Shown in pieces: positions 19,643-31,437 of a DNA stretch of 64,000 nt; within the stretch, counting starts at the first letter, position 1, and the number at the start of each line of letters is the position of its first letter. The DNA lies in assembly GCA_038321985.1 (NCBI GenBank), contig JBBQFN010000022.1:1-64000 (forward strand), given 5' to 3'. The translations under genes were made by a program, and so were the position numbers. The notes beneath the pieces were generated by a model that saw only the letters and a list, made by a program, of their open reading frames with translations, searched no databases and had not been told where the DNA came from. This DNA is from Cyanophyceae cyanobacterium. Lineage in GTDB: Bacteria > Cyanobacteriota > Cyanobacteriia > Cyanobacteriales > Laspinemataceae.

Positions 19643-20252
19643 AGAGTGGGTGAAATCTCAAAATTTGCCGCAGTTCTTACCCGGTTTCTAGTCCGGTGAA
19701 TCTTAGCTGTATCCGAAAGCCTGCCGCGATTAGATTATCTTCTTCTGTCCTTAAATTTCCCGGTAATCTTCTCACGGAGGAACTAGGATTTCACTTAAAA
19801 AACTTGCGGTGAAGATAGGCTAATCTTTTTTACACTCCATTCTGGCCTCCGAGGCATCCTCCCAGGGAGATAGTCTGGCTGGAAAAGGTGGACCCTATCC
19901 CCCCAGATTGTTCCCTCTGTGGACCTGGGGGGTTTTTACCGTGAACACCCGCGAGATCGTAGCCGTAAATTTATAAAATAATGAATTCTTCGATACAATA
20001 ATTGGCCTCCCCATGCTACGCTTAGAGGAATTGGAGAATAAATTCACCCAATAACCGAGCCAAAAGCATCAGCCGACTGTTTCGGCCAACTCTGGATCCC
20101 GATGCTTTAATTTTTGGCGATTATTTTTGTAATTTTCCAATCTCTTCAGGCCAGAAAAATTGAGTTTTTTGGCTGATTGTAATTAACGGTCATCATCTGT
20201 AAAATACAAACCCAATAAACATTATTCGTCTAGCGGCGAGGAGGTTGATCCC

Positions 20253-20582
20253 ATGTTAAATGCACAACAGAAAGAAAAGGGAAACTTCACGGTGGTTGAT
20301 TTGGCGGAGGGAATTTTAGTGGGTTCTCTAATGCCAAAAGAAAACCTCCCCGCACTCCGATCAGGTTTTGCTGGATATCCGGCTAACCCCCGATGGAATA
20401 TTATTAAATATCGGGCTTGGAAAATGGGACGGCAGTTGCGGCAATCTCTTGATGAAGGCGATCTGGTGGTGCGTTCCACTGACTTTATGTTAGTTCCTGC
20501 GCCGGAGAGTTCATCAACTCTAACGGGGAAGGTGAAGCAACCGAGCGATCGCTCTCTAACCCGTCCAATGGTCCTGACTTAA
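20253..20582 (+). CDS. Conserved hypothetical cyanobacterial protein
   Basis: GAGG RBS upstream; GFAGYPANPRW...AWKMGRQLR motif. Confidence 0.7.
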   Translation: MLNAQQKEKGNFTVVDLAEGILVGSLMPKENLPALRSGFAGYPANPRWNIIKYRAWKMGRQLRQSLDEGDLVVRSTDFMLVPAPESSSTLTGKVKQPSDRSLTRPMVLT

Positions 20583-20615
20583 CCTAAAATACATGAATTC
20601 AGATTCTTCCAATTG

Positions 20616-20646
20616 AGGAGCGATCGCCCTGATGGCGATCGCTCCT
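20616..20646. terminator. Bidirectional hairpin built from two HIP1 sites
   Basis: AGGAGCGATCGCC-ctgat-GGCGATCGCTCCT between convergent genes. Confidence 0.55.
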
Positions 20647-20667
20647 TATCATTTTAATAGAGCGTTT

Positions 20668-21606
20668 TTAACTTGGGGCGGTAATGCGATCGATTAACTC
20701 TTGTTTCACCTGTTCCGCAGTGTCATTTTCAACTTGGCAGGTGCCGGCATTAGCATGACCTCCACCGCCATATTCCAGCATCAATGCGCCAATATTAAGA
20801 TTCGAGGTCCGGTTTAAAATAGACTTACCCACTGCAAACACGGTATTTTGTTTTTTGAGTCCCCATAGAACGTGTATCGAGATATTACAGTTAGGATAAA
20901 GGGCATAAATGGTAAACCGATTCCCAGCATAAATGGTTTCGGCATCCCGCAAATCCAGGACCACTAAACTGTTATAAACAGTAGAACAGTCTTTAAGTTG
21001 TTGATTAAATTTTTCTTGGTGTTCAAAATACAGGTCTGACCGTTCCTTAACATCGGGAAGCTGTAAAATTTCTTCAATAGTATGATTTCTACAGTAATCA
21101 ATTAACTCCATCATTAATTGATAGTTAGAAATTCGGAATTCCTTAAATCTGCCTAAACCCGTTCGAGCATCCATGAGAAAACTCAACAACACCCAGCCTT
21201 GAGGGTCTAAAATTTCAGAGTGCTCAAATTGAGCCGAGTCTGATTTGTCTACTGCCTCCATCATTTCTAGGGAAATAGTGGCAAATTTTTTAGGGCCGCC
21301 AAAGTAGTTATAGACTACACGGGCAGCGGAAGGAGCTTTTGGATCGATAATATAGTTATCTTCAACGTCTTGATTGCGAATCGTTTCGCTTTCGTGGTGG
21401 TCGAAGGCTAAATGAGCGGTGTTAACGTAGGGTAAATTGGTAGTAATATCGCCATCGCTGATGTCAATTTTACCATCCTGCATATCTTTCGGATGGACGA
21501 ACCTAATCTCATTGATTAGATTCAGTTCTTTGAGGAGAACGGCACAGACTAACCCATCAAAATCACTACGGGTTACTAATCTATATTTTTGGTCGGTACT
21601 TGACAT
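20668..21606 (-). CDS. DHH-family phosphoesterase (often annotated exopolyphosphatase-like)
   Basis: RLVTRSDFDG, FDHH, GGGGHANAGTCQ motifs. Confidence 0.9.
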   Translation of the reverse strand: MSSTDQKYRLVTRSDFDGLVCAVLLKELNLINEIRFVHPKDMQDGKIDISDGDITTNLPYVNTAHLAFDHHESETIRNQDVEDNYIIDPKAPSAARVVYNYFGGPKKFATISLEMMEAVDKSDSAQFEHSEILDPQGWVLLSFLMDARTGLGRFKEFRISNYQLMMELIDYCRNHTIEEILQLPDVKERSDLYFEHQEKFNQQLKDCSTVYNSLVVLDLRDAETIYAGNRFTIYALYPNCNISIHVLWGLKKQNTVFAVGKSILNRTSNLNIGALMLEYGGGGHANAGTCQVENDTAEQVKQELIDRITAPS

Positions 21607-21755
21607 ATTTTCCCTGCTTGAATCAATTTCAGTTTATTTTTGCTATTGTCTCTATTGAAACCGATCTGTTCTCGGCTGTCTAGGGCTGGGTTGGGAAGAG
21701 GGAGGGGTTTCACAATTAAAATGGGCTAATTTAACCCCTTCATCCGGTGTGATCA

Positions 21756-22976
21756 TCATTCTCCAACAGGGATAGGAGTCATTGACTCACCCTCCGAGGC
21801 GAGCTCATCTTGATTAACAGCCATCCCACCTCGCCACAGCTTGACTAAGGGGTTTAACCCGCCGGTGGCAAGGGTAAGTCCGTCCGGATACCAAGCGATC
21901 GCCTGTGCCCAATCTAACTCGGCGGAAATAAACCCGATCGCCTCTCCGGTGTCGATATTCCAGAAGCGAATTCCATCCCGAGAAGCGCTGGCAAACATTT
22001 GGCCGTTCGGGTTAATTTTGATAGACTTAATCCAGCTGGGATGATCGAAGCGAGTGTAAATTAATTCCCGGCTAACCAAATCCCAACATTTAATGGTGGC
22101 ATCAAAGCTACCCGCAATTAAACGATTGCCATCCGGGGTAAAATCTAAGGTGGTAATTCCCCCCTCCTGTTGAAACGGAGTAGGCACAGGAGTACCCACA
22201 ATAGCCGTTCCTTCATCGGAAATCACAGGCCACAAAATAATATTACCCTGATGGTTTCCGGCGGCGATTAGCCCCCCATCCCCTCTCCAAGCTACGGAAT
22301 AAATAGGCTGTAAATTTAATAAGACTTTAATAAGTTGGCGATCGTGTAAATCCCAAAGGCGAATTCCGTCTAAACCACCACTGACTAAATTTCGGCCATC
22401 GGGAGAAATAGCCAGGGAGACTACGTTACTTCTATGTTCTAAAAATTGATGTAATAATTGGCCTTTATGAACATCCCAAACTTCGATCGCCCCGCCATCG
22501 CCGGAACTAACAAGAGTGTTTCCATCCGGAGAAAAGGTAAGGGCGAGGACACGATTTTGATAGGTTTTCCAGTGGCGAATGCGTTTTTCAGCTTGCAAAT
22601 CCCAGATTTCAATTCTCGGATCGTTTCTCCCCCCGCCAAGGGCAATAAATCGGCCATCGGGACTAAAAGCTAGGGATTGAATGGTTGCCGATTCTCCTTC
22701 AATCGCCAGAAATAATTCAGGATTTTCCCAAGTTGGGGCGACTAGGCGATCGGGTTGCCCCTCCAAATCGGGATTCCTCTGTGTACTCAGGGAGGATACC
22801 GACTGCATGGAAGGGTCAGGAATAATCAGTTGCGGAGTAGCCAGAGTTCTATACCCAGGGGAAAACACGGCAATTCCTAACAGTAAAGGTAGGGCCGGGA
22901 TGCAGGCGATCGCCCCTGCTATCATACCTTTGGTGAGGTCACCTTTTTTTAATCTGAATTTTTTCATCCCGTTCAC
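21756..22976 (-). CDS. WD40-repeat protein with N-terminal signal/TM segment
   Basis: About 7 WD40 repeats; hydrophobic N-terminus. Confidence 0.85.
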   Translation of the reverse strand: MNGMKKFRLKKGDLTKGMIAGAIACIPALPLLLGIAVFSPGYRTLATPQLIIPDPSMQSVSSLSTQRNPDLEGQPDRLVAPTWENPELFLAIEGESATIQSLAFSPDGRFIALGGGRNDPRIEIWDLQAEKRIRHWKTYQNRVLALTFSPDGNTLVSSGDGGAIEVWDVHKGQLLHQFLEHRSNVVSLAISPDGRNLVSGGLDGIRLWDLHDRQLIKVLLNLQPIYSVAWRGDGGLIAAGNHQGNIILWPVISDEGTAIVGTPVPTPFQQEGGITTLDFTPDGNRLIAGSFDATIKCWDLVSRELIYTRFDHPSWIKSIKINPNGQMFASASRDGIRFWNIDTGEAIGFISAELDWAQAIAWYPDGLTLATGGLNPLVKLWRGGMAVNQDELASEGESMTPIPVGE

Positions 22977-23101
22977 CGCTAATCAATTCAGAACCCACCC
23001 CTTCACCCTATTAGTTAATCCCACCCATTATTCATTCCCATTTTGCCCATTTATTCGGGCAGAATTGGAATAAAGATTTAGTCCCCATGAAGATAAAATT
23101 T

Positions 23102-23527
23102 TTACTGAATATTGGGGCAAATTGTATGAGCAATTCGGTCCTGGGGGGGTTGTTCTTCCCAGCCTTTTAGAATACCTTTTAATTCTGAACGCAGAGTTTC
23201 TAACGACTGGATTTGTTCATCAATTGCAGCAACCTTTGCCTCCAAATGATGGCGGACCTCTCCACAGGGTAACTCTCCGCGATCGTGAACCTGCAAAATT
23301 TCTTTGATTTCTGCCAAAGTTAATCCTAAAGATTGCGATCGCTTAATAAAAGCCAGTCGATTCAGAACTGTGGTATCGAATAGCCGATAACCCGAGTCGG
23401 CCCGTTCTACGGTCGGTTCCAACAATCCAATTTCTTCATAGTAGCGAATCGTCTTGACCGGCAATCCCGAATTTGTAGACACTTCGCCAATTTTTAGAGA
23501 TTTTTCACCCACCAAAATTTCTATCAT
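23102..23527 (-). CDS. MerR-family heavy-metal-responsive regulator
   Basis: KIGEV...KTIRYYEEIGLL HTH; Cys in PCGEV and ICPNI. Confidence 0.92.
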   Translation of the reverse strand: MIEILVGEKSLKIGEVSTNSGLPVKTIRYYEEIGLLEPTVERADSGYRLFDTTVLNRLAFIKRSQSLGLTLAEIKEILQVHDRGELPCGEVRHHLEAKVAAIDEQIQSLETLRSELKGILKGWEEQPPQDRIAHTICPNIQ

Positions 23528-23566
23528 CTTGCGGTTGAAGCGAACATTATTAATAAAGTCAAACCC

Positions 23567-23863
23567 TTATTGCGGAGGATATTTTTTAGACGTCATCAAT
23601 AAAGGGAGGGGTTGACGAGAAGAAGCGGGAGGTAGATAATGTTCGGGCACTCGTTCAACATCTAAAGGCCGACTGCGCTGGAGTTGTAACCACCGCAAAG
23701 CCAACGCCGCACTGACGAGGACGATGCCAAAACTAAAAAGAGAAACACTGTGGTCTATTCCTCCAAGGGCGGCATCTACGGCACCGACAGTTACGATAAA
23801 GCTGGTAATGGGTTCTTGGCGGTAGGCCGACTTTAGAAATCTAATCAGTCCAATATTCATCAT
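23567..23863 (-). CDS. Conserved cyanobacterial small membrane protein
   Basis: RFLKSAYRQEPITSF...GAVDA, TM segment, Pro-rich tail. Confidence 0.7.
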   Translation of the reverse strand: MMNIGLIRFLKSAYRQEPITSFIVTVGAVDAALGGIDHSVSLFSFGIVLVSAALALRWLQLQRSRPLDVERVPEHYLPPASSRQPLPLLMTSKKYPPQ

Positions 23864-24517
23864 TGTGTTTCTGCGTTTGTAATTTTTCTGTAGTGGTTAA
23901 GATTTAAAGTGGAACCCCCCAGTTTACACGAGGGCCTGGCCCCTCCCCTCTTTCATTGTAACGTCTCAGTAGTTGATTGTACTGTATCGTTTGGGGACTG
24001 GGATAAAGGGGGCGACTGCTTGAGAAGGTAACCTGTTAAACTCCGAGTGCAAACGGGTCAACCTCTTGATGATTTCTGCCTCGGTTTAACCGATTCCGGA
24101 GTTCTTCCCTTTCACCCGAAAGTCTGTCAATTCAACAGGATACCCACCCTCAGAATCCTGTCGTCGGGTGGGGATTGCCCACCCTATCCTATATGGGGGA
24201 TGAGCTAATTGAGCCCCAACCAGGAGAGCAATCCTTGTCCGGTGAGGTATTCGATTAGCAAAGTCAGGGCAAAACCAATCATAGCCGCCCGACCATTCAA
24301 GCGTTCAGCATACTGATTGAAGCCAAATTTAGGTTCTTCTAGCTTCGGGGAAACGGTAGGTACGGTAGGTTGGGGTTGTGTCATGGTGAATCAGGTGAGT
24401 TACAATTCTTAACGATTTATCATCTTCTATTGTAGAGAGACCGAATCATTCGTCAACAACAATCCTTCTAAAATTTCCTAAGTTAGGCTATCACAACGGA
24501 ATATCAAGAGGTTATTC

Positions 24518-25606
24518 ATGGAAATCGGCATCCCAAAAGAAACGAAGGATCGGGAATATCGGGTGGGGTTGAGTCCGAGTAGCGTCAGAGTGCTCACAGA
24601 AAATGGACATTCAGTTTTTATCGAAACTGAAGCCGGGGTCGGTTCTGGATTCGCCGATGAAGCGTATTTACAGGAAGGGGGAAAAATTGTCCCGACTGCC
24701 GCAGATGCCTGGAATCGCGAATTGGTGGTGAAGGTGAAGGAACCCTTGCCGTTGGAATATGGGTATTTGCACAAAGAACAACTGTTGTTTACCTACCTAC
24801 ATTTAGCCGCCGATCGCAAATTAACAGAAACCCTAATCGAAAGTGGTGTCTGTGCGATCGCCTATGAAACCGTCGAACTCCCGGATAGACGACTGCCTCT
24901 GCTGACCCCCATGAGCATTATTGCCGGTCGTCTCTCCGTGCAATTTGGTGCGAGATACCTGGAACGGCAGCAAGGGGGACGCGGGGTCCTGTTAGGGGGA
25001 GTTCCCGGGGTCAAACCCGGCCATGTTGTCATCCTGGGCGGGGGCATCGTCGGCACAGAAGCGGCACGAATGGCAGTCGGAATGGGTGCAAGAGTGAAAA
25101 TTTTGGATATCAACGTCGATCGCCTCGCCTATCTGGAAAGTCTGTTTGGGTCCCGAGTTGAACTGCTATATAGCGAGTCCTTGCAAATTGAAACCAGCGT
25201 TCCGGATGCCGACTTACTCATTGGTGCAGTCCTTGTTCCTGGACGTCGTGCTCCGATTTTAGTCCCGCGTCAGCTTGTAGAAAAGATGCGTCCTGGTTCG
25301 GTGATTGTTGATGTGGCGGTAGATCAAGGGGGTTGTGTAGAAACTTTGCATCCCACCTCCCATACCAATCCCATTTATGTTGAAGCGGGAGTGCTGCATT
25401 ATGGCGTACCGAATATGCCCGGTGCTGTACCTTGGACGGCAACCCAAGCACTTAATAATAGTACCTTACCCTATGTAGTGAAATTAGCCAAGTATGGGAA
25501 AAAAGCCCTGGAATTAGATAACGCATTAGTCAAAGGGCTAAATGTACATAATCATCAACTGGTGCATCCTGACGTCCAGCACAGTTTCCCTGATTTAGCG
25601 CCGTAG
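24518..25606 (+). CDS. ald: Alanine dehydrogenase
   Basis: IGIPKE..E.RV, LFTYLHLAA, VDVAVDQGGC, VPNMPGAVP. Confidence 0.98.
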   Translation: MEIGIPKETKDREYRVGLSPSSVRVLTENGHSVFIETEAGVGSGFADEAYLQEGGKIVPTAADAWNRELVVKVKEPLPLEYGYLHKEQLLFTYLHLAADRKLTETLIESGVCAIAYETVELPDRRLPLLTPMSIIAGRLSVQFGARYLERQQGGRGVLLGGVPGVKPGHVVILGGGIVGTEAARMAVGMGARVKILDINVDRLAYLESLFGSRVELLYSESLQIETSVPDADLLIGAVLVPGRRAPILVPRQLVEKMRPGSVIVDVAVDQGGCVETLHPTSHTNPIYVEAGVLHYGVPNMPGAVPWTATQALNNSTLPYVVKLAKYGKKALELDNALVKGLNVHNHQLVHPDVQHSFPDLAP

Positions 25607-25618
25607 AAATTTAAAAAA

Positions 25619-25647
25619 GCTAGAGGATTGCTGCGGATTCCTCTAGC
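25619..25647. terminator. Hairpin downstream of ald
   Basis: GCTAGAGGA...TCCTCTAGC flanked by A-runs. Confidence 0.5.
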
Positions 25648-25689
25648 AAAAAATTAGGTTTAGGGGAATATCAAGAAAGGGGAAAAGGA

Positions 25690-26295
25690 ATGATAATTTT
25701 TTTAGAAACCGAGCGTTTAATTCTGCGGTATTTTACCCCAAATGACTGCGATATCCTATTAAATTTAGATAATGACTCGGCTGTGATGCGCTACATTAAT
25801 GGCGGAATTACTTCCGATTTAGCGGGTACTAAAGAATGGTTAGGCAGAATTTTACAGTATTATCAAAACTATGAAAATTTGGGTTTTTGGGCCACTCATG
25901 AAAAAGTCACTGGAGAATTTATCGGCTGGTTTCACTTTTACCCGGCCATTATGAACACATTTGGGGTGGAAGCGAATTTAGTCAAGGAGGGAGAAATTGC
26001 CCTAGGATATCGCTTGCGCCAGTCAAGTTGGGGAAAAGGATATGGGACAGAAGGAGCGCGATCGCTGCGGGATAAAGGGTTTAATGAGTGGGGGGTAACC
26101 CGAATAATCGCTTGGGCATTACAAGCCAATCAAGCCTCTGTTCGAGTTATGGAAAAAATCGGGTTAGAATTTGAATGTGACTATCAATTAAAACCTCATC
26201 AATTGCCAGCCTTAAAACAACCAGAAGAACGGCTAATTGTTAAGTATGGTTGCGATAAAAATCAGTTTTTATCCAAAAAAACCATAAAAAGTTAG
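25690..26295 (+). CDS. GNAT family (RimJ/RimL-like) N-acetyltransferase
   Basis: LETERLILR, WGKGYGTE, N.AS.RVMEKIG. Confidence 0.9.
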   Translation: MIIFLETERLILRYFTPNDCDILLNLDNDSAVMRYINGGITSDLAGTKEWLGRILQYYQNYENLGFWATHEKVTGEFIGWFHFYPAIMNTFGVEANLVKEGEIALGYRLRQSSWGKGYGTEGARSLRDKGFNEWGVTRIIAWALQANQASVRVMEKIGLEFECDYQLKPHQLPALKQPEERLIVKYGCDKNQFLSKKTIKS

Positions 26296-26435
26296 CCCGG
26301 ATAAAACCATCGTGGGGTTATTTTATTAAAGAGTATAAAATTAAAGAAATTTTATTAAGTTTCGGGTAATCTTTGATGAATTTTAAAAAGTTAGCCTTTA
26401 TTCTGCCTTGGATTAAAAGAAATCTTTAATTAATT

Positions 26436-28358
26436 TTAATTTGAGGAATTGCGGACTGGGAGCATAATTTCTAAAGTAGTCCCTTCTCCTAGCTTTGAAC
26501 GACAACTCAGCGTTCCATTATGCTTTTGAACAATCGTTTCATAGCTAGTATAAAGTCCTAATCCTGTACCTTGACCTACAGGCTTAGTCGTAAAAAATGG
26601 GTCAAAAATTTTAGCCTCAACAGCGCTATCAATACCGCCGCCATTATCGGTAATAGCAATCAGAATGCGATCGCCCTCTAGTGCCTGGGTTTGAATATGA
26701 ATCCTTCCCTGATGAGGGCTTGTAGTTGCTTTAATTGCATCAATAGCATTAGTGAAAAGATTCATAAACACTTGATTAATCTCCCCAGCTAAACATTCAA
26801 CCGGAGGGAGTGTGCTGTAGTCTTTTATGACCTCAATCTGATCACCGGAAGACTCAGAGCCCTGGATTCGATGTTGTAGAATTAGCAGGGTACTTTCCAA
26901 TCCTTCGTGAATATCTACGGCTTTAAGCTGGGATTCATCTAACCGAGAAAAGTTTCGGAGACTTAAGACGATCCGCTGGATGCGATCGGCCCCAGATTTC
27001 ATGGAATTGAGCAGTTTAAATAAATCTTTTTTGATGAATTGTAGGTCTATTTGAGTTTCCAACTCAATAATTTCGGATGCAGGTTCGGGATTTTTTTCTT
27101 GATAGAGGGATAACAAGTCTAAAATATCTTGAAAGTAATCTGTAGCCGGAGAGAGATTACTATAGATAAAACTAACAGGATTATTAATTTCATGGGCAAT
27201 GCCAGCGACTAACTGGCCTAAACTCGTCATTTTTTCATTATGAATCAATTGGCCTTGAGTTTGCTTGAGTTGACGTAAGGCGCTAGAGAGGGAATCTGCT
27301 TTTTCTTTTAAATAAACTCCTTGGCATTGGAGTTGTTGATTCGCTTCAGAAAGTTCTTGGGTACGTGCGATGACCCGCGATTCCAGTTCGGCTTTGGCTT
27401 GTTTTAAACCCTCTAAAGCATGGCGGCGTTCCTGGAGTACAGCGATTAGAACCAGGGTTGTTACAGAGATTACTCCAATAAATGATTCTAAAAAAAGTAA
27501 AGAGGCGTTGAGACTATCTCGGACAAAGGAACTGCGATTTAAAATTGTGCCAGCGATCGCCATCAATCCTGTTAAGGCGATCGCTAAAGTGGTCCAGCGT
27601 TCCGAAAAGCGAAATGCCGCCCAACCCAACAAAGGAATCATTAAATATTCCACGGGATAGCCATACCAAAAGGTTAAACTCACCACCCCATCAAACAGCA
27701 AAAACCAACCCAAACTTTCCAGACGTAGAGAGTGCAATTCCTGCCTCACAATTTCCCTGAAGCGAGAGAAAATTGGGGTCCCCTTGCGCTGATGCCAAGT
27801 GGGAATTAAAAAGTGATGCCAAGTCAACAAGACCGGGGTAAAAATCAGCACCCCAGCCACATTAGAAACCCACCAAGTCACCCAGGACCGGCCAAAATCG
27901 GGCCAATTTATCCATTGCGCCACACAAAGGGTGAGAATGCCCACGGTGGCACTGATAATTTGAGCGGCGATCGCCCCGCAACCCACAAAGATAAATACCT
28001 CATTTGCCCGATAAAACGGATAGCGAGTGTGAGTAAAGCGTCGAATCAAAGCAGCCCCCCACAGAGGACTTAGGGTATTTCCTACCGCTGTAATTGCCGC
28101 GATCGCCAGACTAATCGGGGTGGGATTTAACAACACCGAAATGCCAAAAGAACCCAAAGCAATACCGGGCCAAACCCGGTTTCCCCAGATCAGAATTGCC
28201 GCCAAACCCACCCCGGCAGGAATCCAAACTGCCGTCACATCACCGGGAAGGACGGCTAATTTGAGTCCAAGTATGCCCAAAACACAGTAAAAAAGGGCAA
28301 TCCCAGGGATTAATAGGACATTTTGTGGGAACTGAACCGAGCCTAGTTTTCTCTTCAT
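26436..28358 (-). CDS. MASE1-domain sensor histidine kinase
   Basis: N-terminal multi-TM MASE1 (VWIPAG); AHEINNP H-box, QVFMNLFTNA N-box, DNGGG, FFTTK, GTGLGL. Confidence 0.93.
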   Translation of the reverse strand: MKRKLGSVQFPQNVLLIPGIALFYCVLGILGLKLAVLPGDVTAVWIPAGVGLAAILIWGNRVWPGIALGSFGISVLLNPTPISLAIAAITAVGNTLSPLWGAALIRRFTHTRYPFYRANEVFIFVGCGAIAAQIISATVGILTLCVAQWINWPDFGRSWVTWWVSNVAGVLIFTPVLLTWHHFLIPTWHQRKGTPIFSRFREIVRQELHSLRLESLGWFLLFDGVVSLTFWYGYPVEYLMIPLLGWAAFRFSERWTTLAIALTGLMAIAGTILNRSSFVRDSLNASLLFLESFIGVISVTTLVLIAVLQERRHALEGLKQAKAELESRVIARTQELSEANQQLQCQGVYLKEKADSLSSALRQLKQTQGQLIHNEKMTSLGQLVAGIAHEINNPVSFIYSNLSPATDYFQDILDLLSLYQEKNPEPASEIIELETQIDLQFIKKDLFKLLNSMKSGADRIQRIVLSLRNFSRLDESQLKAVDIHEGLESTLLILQHRIQGSESSGDQIEVIKDYSTLPPVECLAGEINQVFMNLFTNAIDAIKATTSPHQGRIHIQTQALEGDRILIAITDNGGGIDSAVEAKIFDPFFTTKPVGQGTGLGLYTSYETIVQKHNGTLSCRSKLGEGTTLEIMLPVRNSSN

Positions 28359-28468
28359 CTGACACTTCGGAGGGGACTCTCGTCCCTAAAAGATAGTCAC
28401 TTAATGCCTATCTTATCGGCAATTTTAAAAATAGCAAGGTCTGAAAAAGCCTAAATTGTCCCCTAGTT

Positions 28469-28570
28469 TTAGAGAGGGGTTGTTGAGTCTATTTCCAGGG
28501 TGACCTCTTCATAAAGTTCACGCCACGACACGGTTAACTTGAAACTGGGCAGACTAAACCTGGATACAGT
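28469..28570 (-). pseudogene. Possible C-terminal remnant of a Uma2 (DUF820) endonuclease
   Basis: FSLPSFKLTVSWRELYEEV resembles Uma2 C-termini; the rest of the 88-aa ORF looks spurious. Confidence 0.3.
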
Positions 28571-28782
28571 TGGGGTAGGAGTTGGACAAAGCCCCCCTCC
28601 TTGCTCATTTTTAATATTTGCTCTAATTCGTTTTGTGAATCCTCGCTCTGCCTCGATTGGGTCCTGCTGTGCTTGTTTTAAAAACGGGTATAAATATTTT
28701 ATTTTAACCCCGGTCAAAACCCGTGCCTTGATCAACCGAAAGGGTGCATTATCTTAAGCCTAACGCACCCCTCCTCCATGGT

Positions 28783-31437
28783 TTAACTCTTTTTCTTCGC
28801 GGTAGAAGTCGTGGATTTTTTCGTAGTAGTCCCCGCCGATTTTGCCTTACTGGTGGTTTTTGATTTGCTACTACTCTTGGTCTTAGAAGTAGATGCTTTC
28901 GCTGCTAACAATTCAACAGCTTGTGCCAAGGTGACATCTTCTACTGTTGTCCCTTCGGGCACTGAGGCATTGGTTTTACCGTGCTTCACGTAGGGTCCAT
29001 AGGGGCCGTCGTAAACATTCACGGCTTCGTCATCTGCCGGATGTTTGCCGAGTTCCCGGAGTGGTTCTTTGGCTTTGCTGTTTTTACTACTCCGTCCTTT
29101 TTTCGGTTCGGCTAATAACTCTAATGCGCGAGGTAGGGTAACGGTTAGGACATCATCTCCCGCTTTCAAGGACCGATATTCTTTGTCGTCTTTACCGCGA
29201 TCGCAAACTACATAAGGTCCAAATCGTCCTAAACTGGCTTGGATTTTGCCACCGTTTTCGGGATGAACACCCAAGGTGCGCGGTAAGGCTAGTAGGCCCA
29301 CGGCTTGATCTAAACTCACGTTTTCCGCAGTGACGCCTTTCGGCAGGGAAGCGCGTTTTGGTTTTTTATTCTCCTCGGTGGCTTCTCCGAGTTGAACGTA
29401 GGGTCCAAATTTGCCAATGATGATATAAATCGGCATCCCCGTAGTGGGGTCAGTTCCCAGTTGATCCGGTCCTTCGGTTTTTTGTTTGAGAATCAGTTGG
29501 ACTTGTTCGGGGTCCAGGTCTGAGGGGGTGAGGTCCTTGGGAATGGAGGCGGTGACGACTCCATTTCCATTATCTACTTCGATATAAGGTCCATAGCGAC
29601 CGATACGAACTTTGGCATCTAAATTTTCTAATTCGACGCTACGGGCCTGGTTGGGGTCGATCGCACTTTCTTGTTGCTTGACTTGGGTCTCCAGTCCGTT
29701 TTCCCCCAGATAAAATTTCTGGAGATAAGGCAACCAGGCGGCTTCTCCGGTGGAAATGTCATCTAGAGTGCGTTCCATTTTGGCCGTAAACCCTGGATCC
29801 ACCAATTCTGGAAAATATTTTTCCAATAAATCGGTGACGGCAAAGGCGGTGAAGGTGGGAATCAAGGCATTGCCTTTCAGGATGGAATAGCCACGGTCAA
29901 TAATGGTGCTGATGATACTGGCATAGGTACTCGGACGCCCGATGCCTTCGCTTTCTAAGGTTTTGACCAGGGAGGCTTCGGTATATCGGGCAGGGGGTTG
30001 AGTTTCATGGCCGACTGCTTCGATGGTCTGGCAGTTGGGGCGATCGCCAACTTTCAACGCCGGCAGAATCACCTCTTGGTCCTCCAGGGCCGCATCTGGG
30101 TCGTCTGAACCCTCGACATACGCCCGCAAAAATCCCGGGAAATCGATGCGCTTGCCACTGGACCGAAATCCTGCATTTTCTACCTGCAAATCCACCACAA
30201 CAATGGTTTGACGAGCATCTGCCATCTGGCTAGCAACGGTGCGCTTCCAAATCAAATCATAGAGTTGCAATTCCCGTCCCGAGAGGGGGGTTTGTTGGGG
30301 AGTGCGGAAGCTACTTCCTGCCGGGCGAATGGCTTCATGAGCTTCCTGTGCCCCTTTGCTCTTGGTCGCATATTGGCGGGGTTTGGGGCTGAGATATTCT
30401 TTCCCATACATTTCTTCAACACAAGACCGCGCTGCGGTGAGGGCCTGTGCTGATAAATGCACCGAGTCAGTTCTCATGTAGGTGATATACCCATTTTCAT
30501 AGAGACTTTGGGCGATTTTCATCGTATCCCGTGCCGATAGCCGCAGTTTGCGGTTGGCCTCCTGTTGGAGAGTGGAGGTGGTAAATGGAGGGGAGGGTTT
30601 ACGGGTGGTGGGGCGTTCCTCAACTTTGGCGACTTGCCAAGGTTTGCCAGTGAGTTGAGTGACCAAGGCCCGGGCTTGTTCTTCGTTGAGGAGAACGACA
30701 TTACGACCGACGATAATTTGGCCGGTTGATTCATCAAAGTCGCTGCCGGTGGCAACTTTGCGATCGCCCACGGTGACGAGTTTGGTATCAAACGGGGTTT
30801 TTACCTGGACTAATTTCGCTTTTAAATCCCAATAGGACCCTTGACGGAAGGCGCGCCGCTGCCGTTCTCGTTGCACCAACAGACGCACTGCCACAGACTG
30901 CACCCGACCGGCAGATAACCCCGAAGCGATTTTTTTCCACAACAGCGGCGAGAGTGTGTAACCTACCAAACGGTCTAAAATCCGCCTTGTTTCTTGGGCG
31001 TGGACCAGTTGGTGATCAATGGTACGGCAATTGTTCAGGGCATCCCGAATCGCCTCTCGGGTGATTTCGTGAAACACCATCCGTTTAATCGGCACTTTAG
31101 GCTTGAGCACTTGTTGCAGATGCCAACTAATACTTTCTCCTTCCCGGTCTTCGTCTGTTGCCAGAATCAACTCATCGGCATCTTTTAGGGCATCTCTGAG
31201 GGTTTTGACGACTTTTTGCTTGGTTTTGGGGATGACGTAGAGTGGCTCAAAATCGGCTTCTACATTCACCCCAAGCGATGCCCATTTTTCCTCTTTGACT
31301 TGTTCGGGAATTTCGTCCGCGGATGAGGGCAGATCGCGCACGTGACCCATCGATGCCTCTACGCGATAGTCGTTCGGGAGGAAGTTCCGAATCGTGCGGG
31401 CTTTGGTTGGAGATTCGACGATTACGAGGGTTGACAT
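28783..31437 (-). CDS. topA: DNA topoisomerase I
   Basis: [34 protein letters not shown]-terminal GRYGPY-type repeats, Lys-rich tail. Confidence 0.99.
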   Translation of the reverse strand: MSTLVIVESPTKARTIRNFLPNDYRVEASMGHVRDLPSSADEIPEQVKEEKWASLGVNVEADFEPLYVIPKTKQKVVKTLRDALKDADELILATDEDREGESISWHLQQVLKPKVPIKRMVFHEITREAIRDALNNCRTIDHQLVHAQETRRILDRLVGYTLSPLLWKKIASGLSAGRVQSVAVRLLVQRERQRRAFRQGSYWDLKAKLVQVKTPFDTKLVTVGDRKVATGSDFDESTGQIIVGRNVVLLNEEQARALVTQLTGKPWQVAKVEERPTTRKPSPPFTTSTLQQEANRKLRLSARDTMKIAQSLYENGYITYMRTDSVHLSAQALTAARSCVEEMYGKEYLSPKPRQYATKSKGAQEAHEAIRPAGSSFRTPQQTPLSGRELQLYDLIWKRTVASQMADARQTIVVVDLQVENAGFRSSGKRIDFPGFLRAYVEGSDDPDAALEDQEVILPALKVGDRPNCQTIEAVGHETQPPARYTEASLVKTLESEGIGRPSTYASIISTIIDRGYSILKGNALIPTFTAFAVTDLLEKYFPELVDPGFTAKMERTLDDISTGEAAWLPYLQKFYLGENGLETQVKQQESAIDPNQARSVELENLDAKVRIGRYGPYIEVDNGNGVVTASIPKDLTPSDLDPEQVQLILKQKTEGPDQLGTDPTTGMPIYIIIGKFGPYVQLGEATEENKKPKRASLPKGVTAENVSLDQAVGLLALPRTLGVHPENGGKIQASLGRFGPYVVCDRGKDDKEYRSLKAGDDVLTVTLPRALELLAEPKKGRSSKNSKAKEPLRELGKHPADDEAVNVYDGPYGPYVKHGKTNASVPEGTTVEDVTLAQAVELLAAKASTSKTKSSSKSKTTSKAKSAGTTTKKSTTSTAKKKS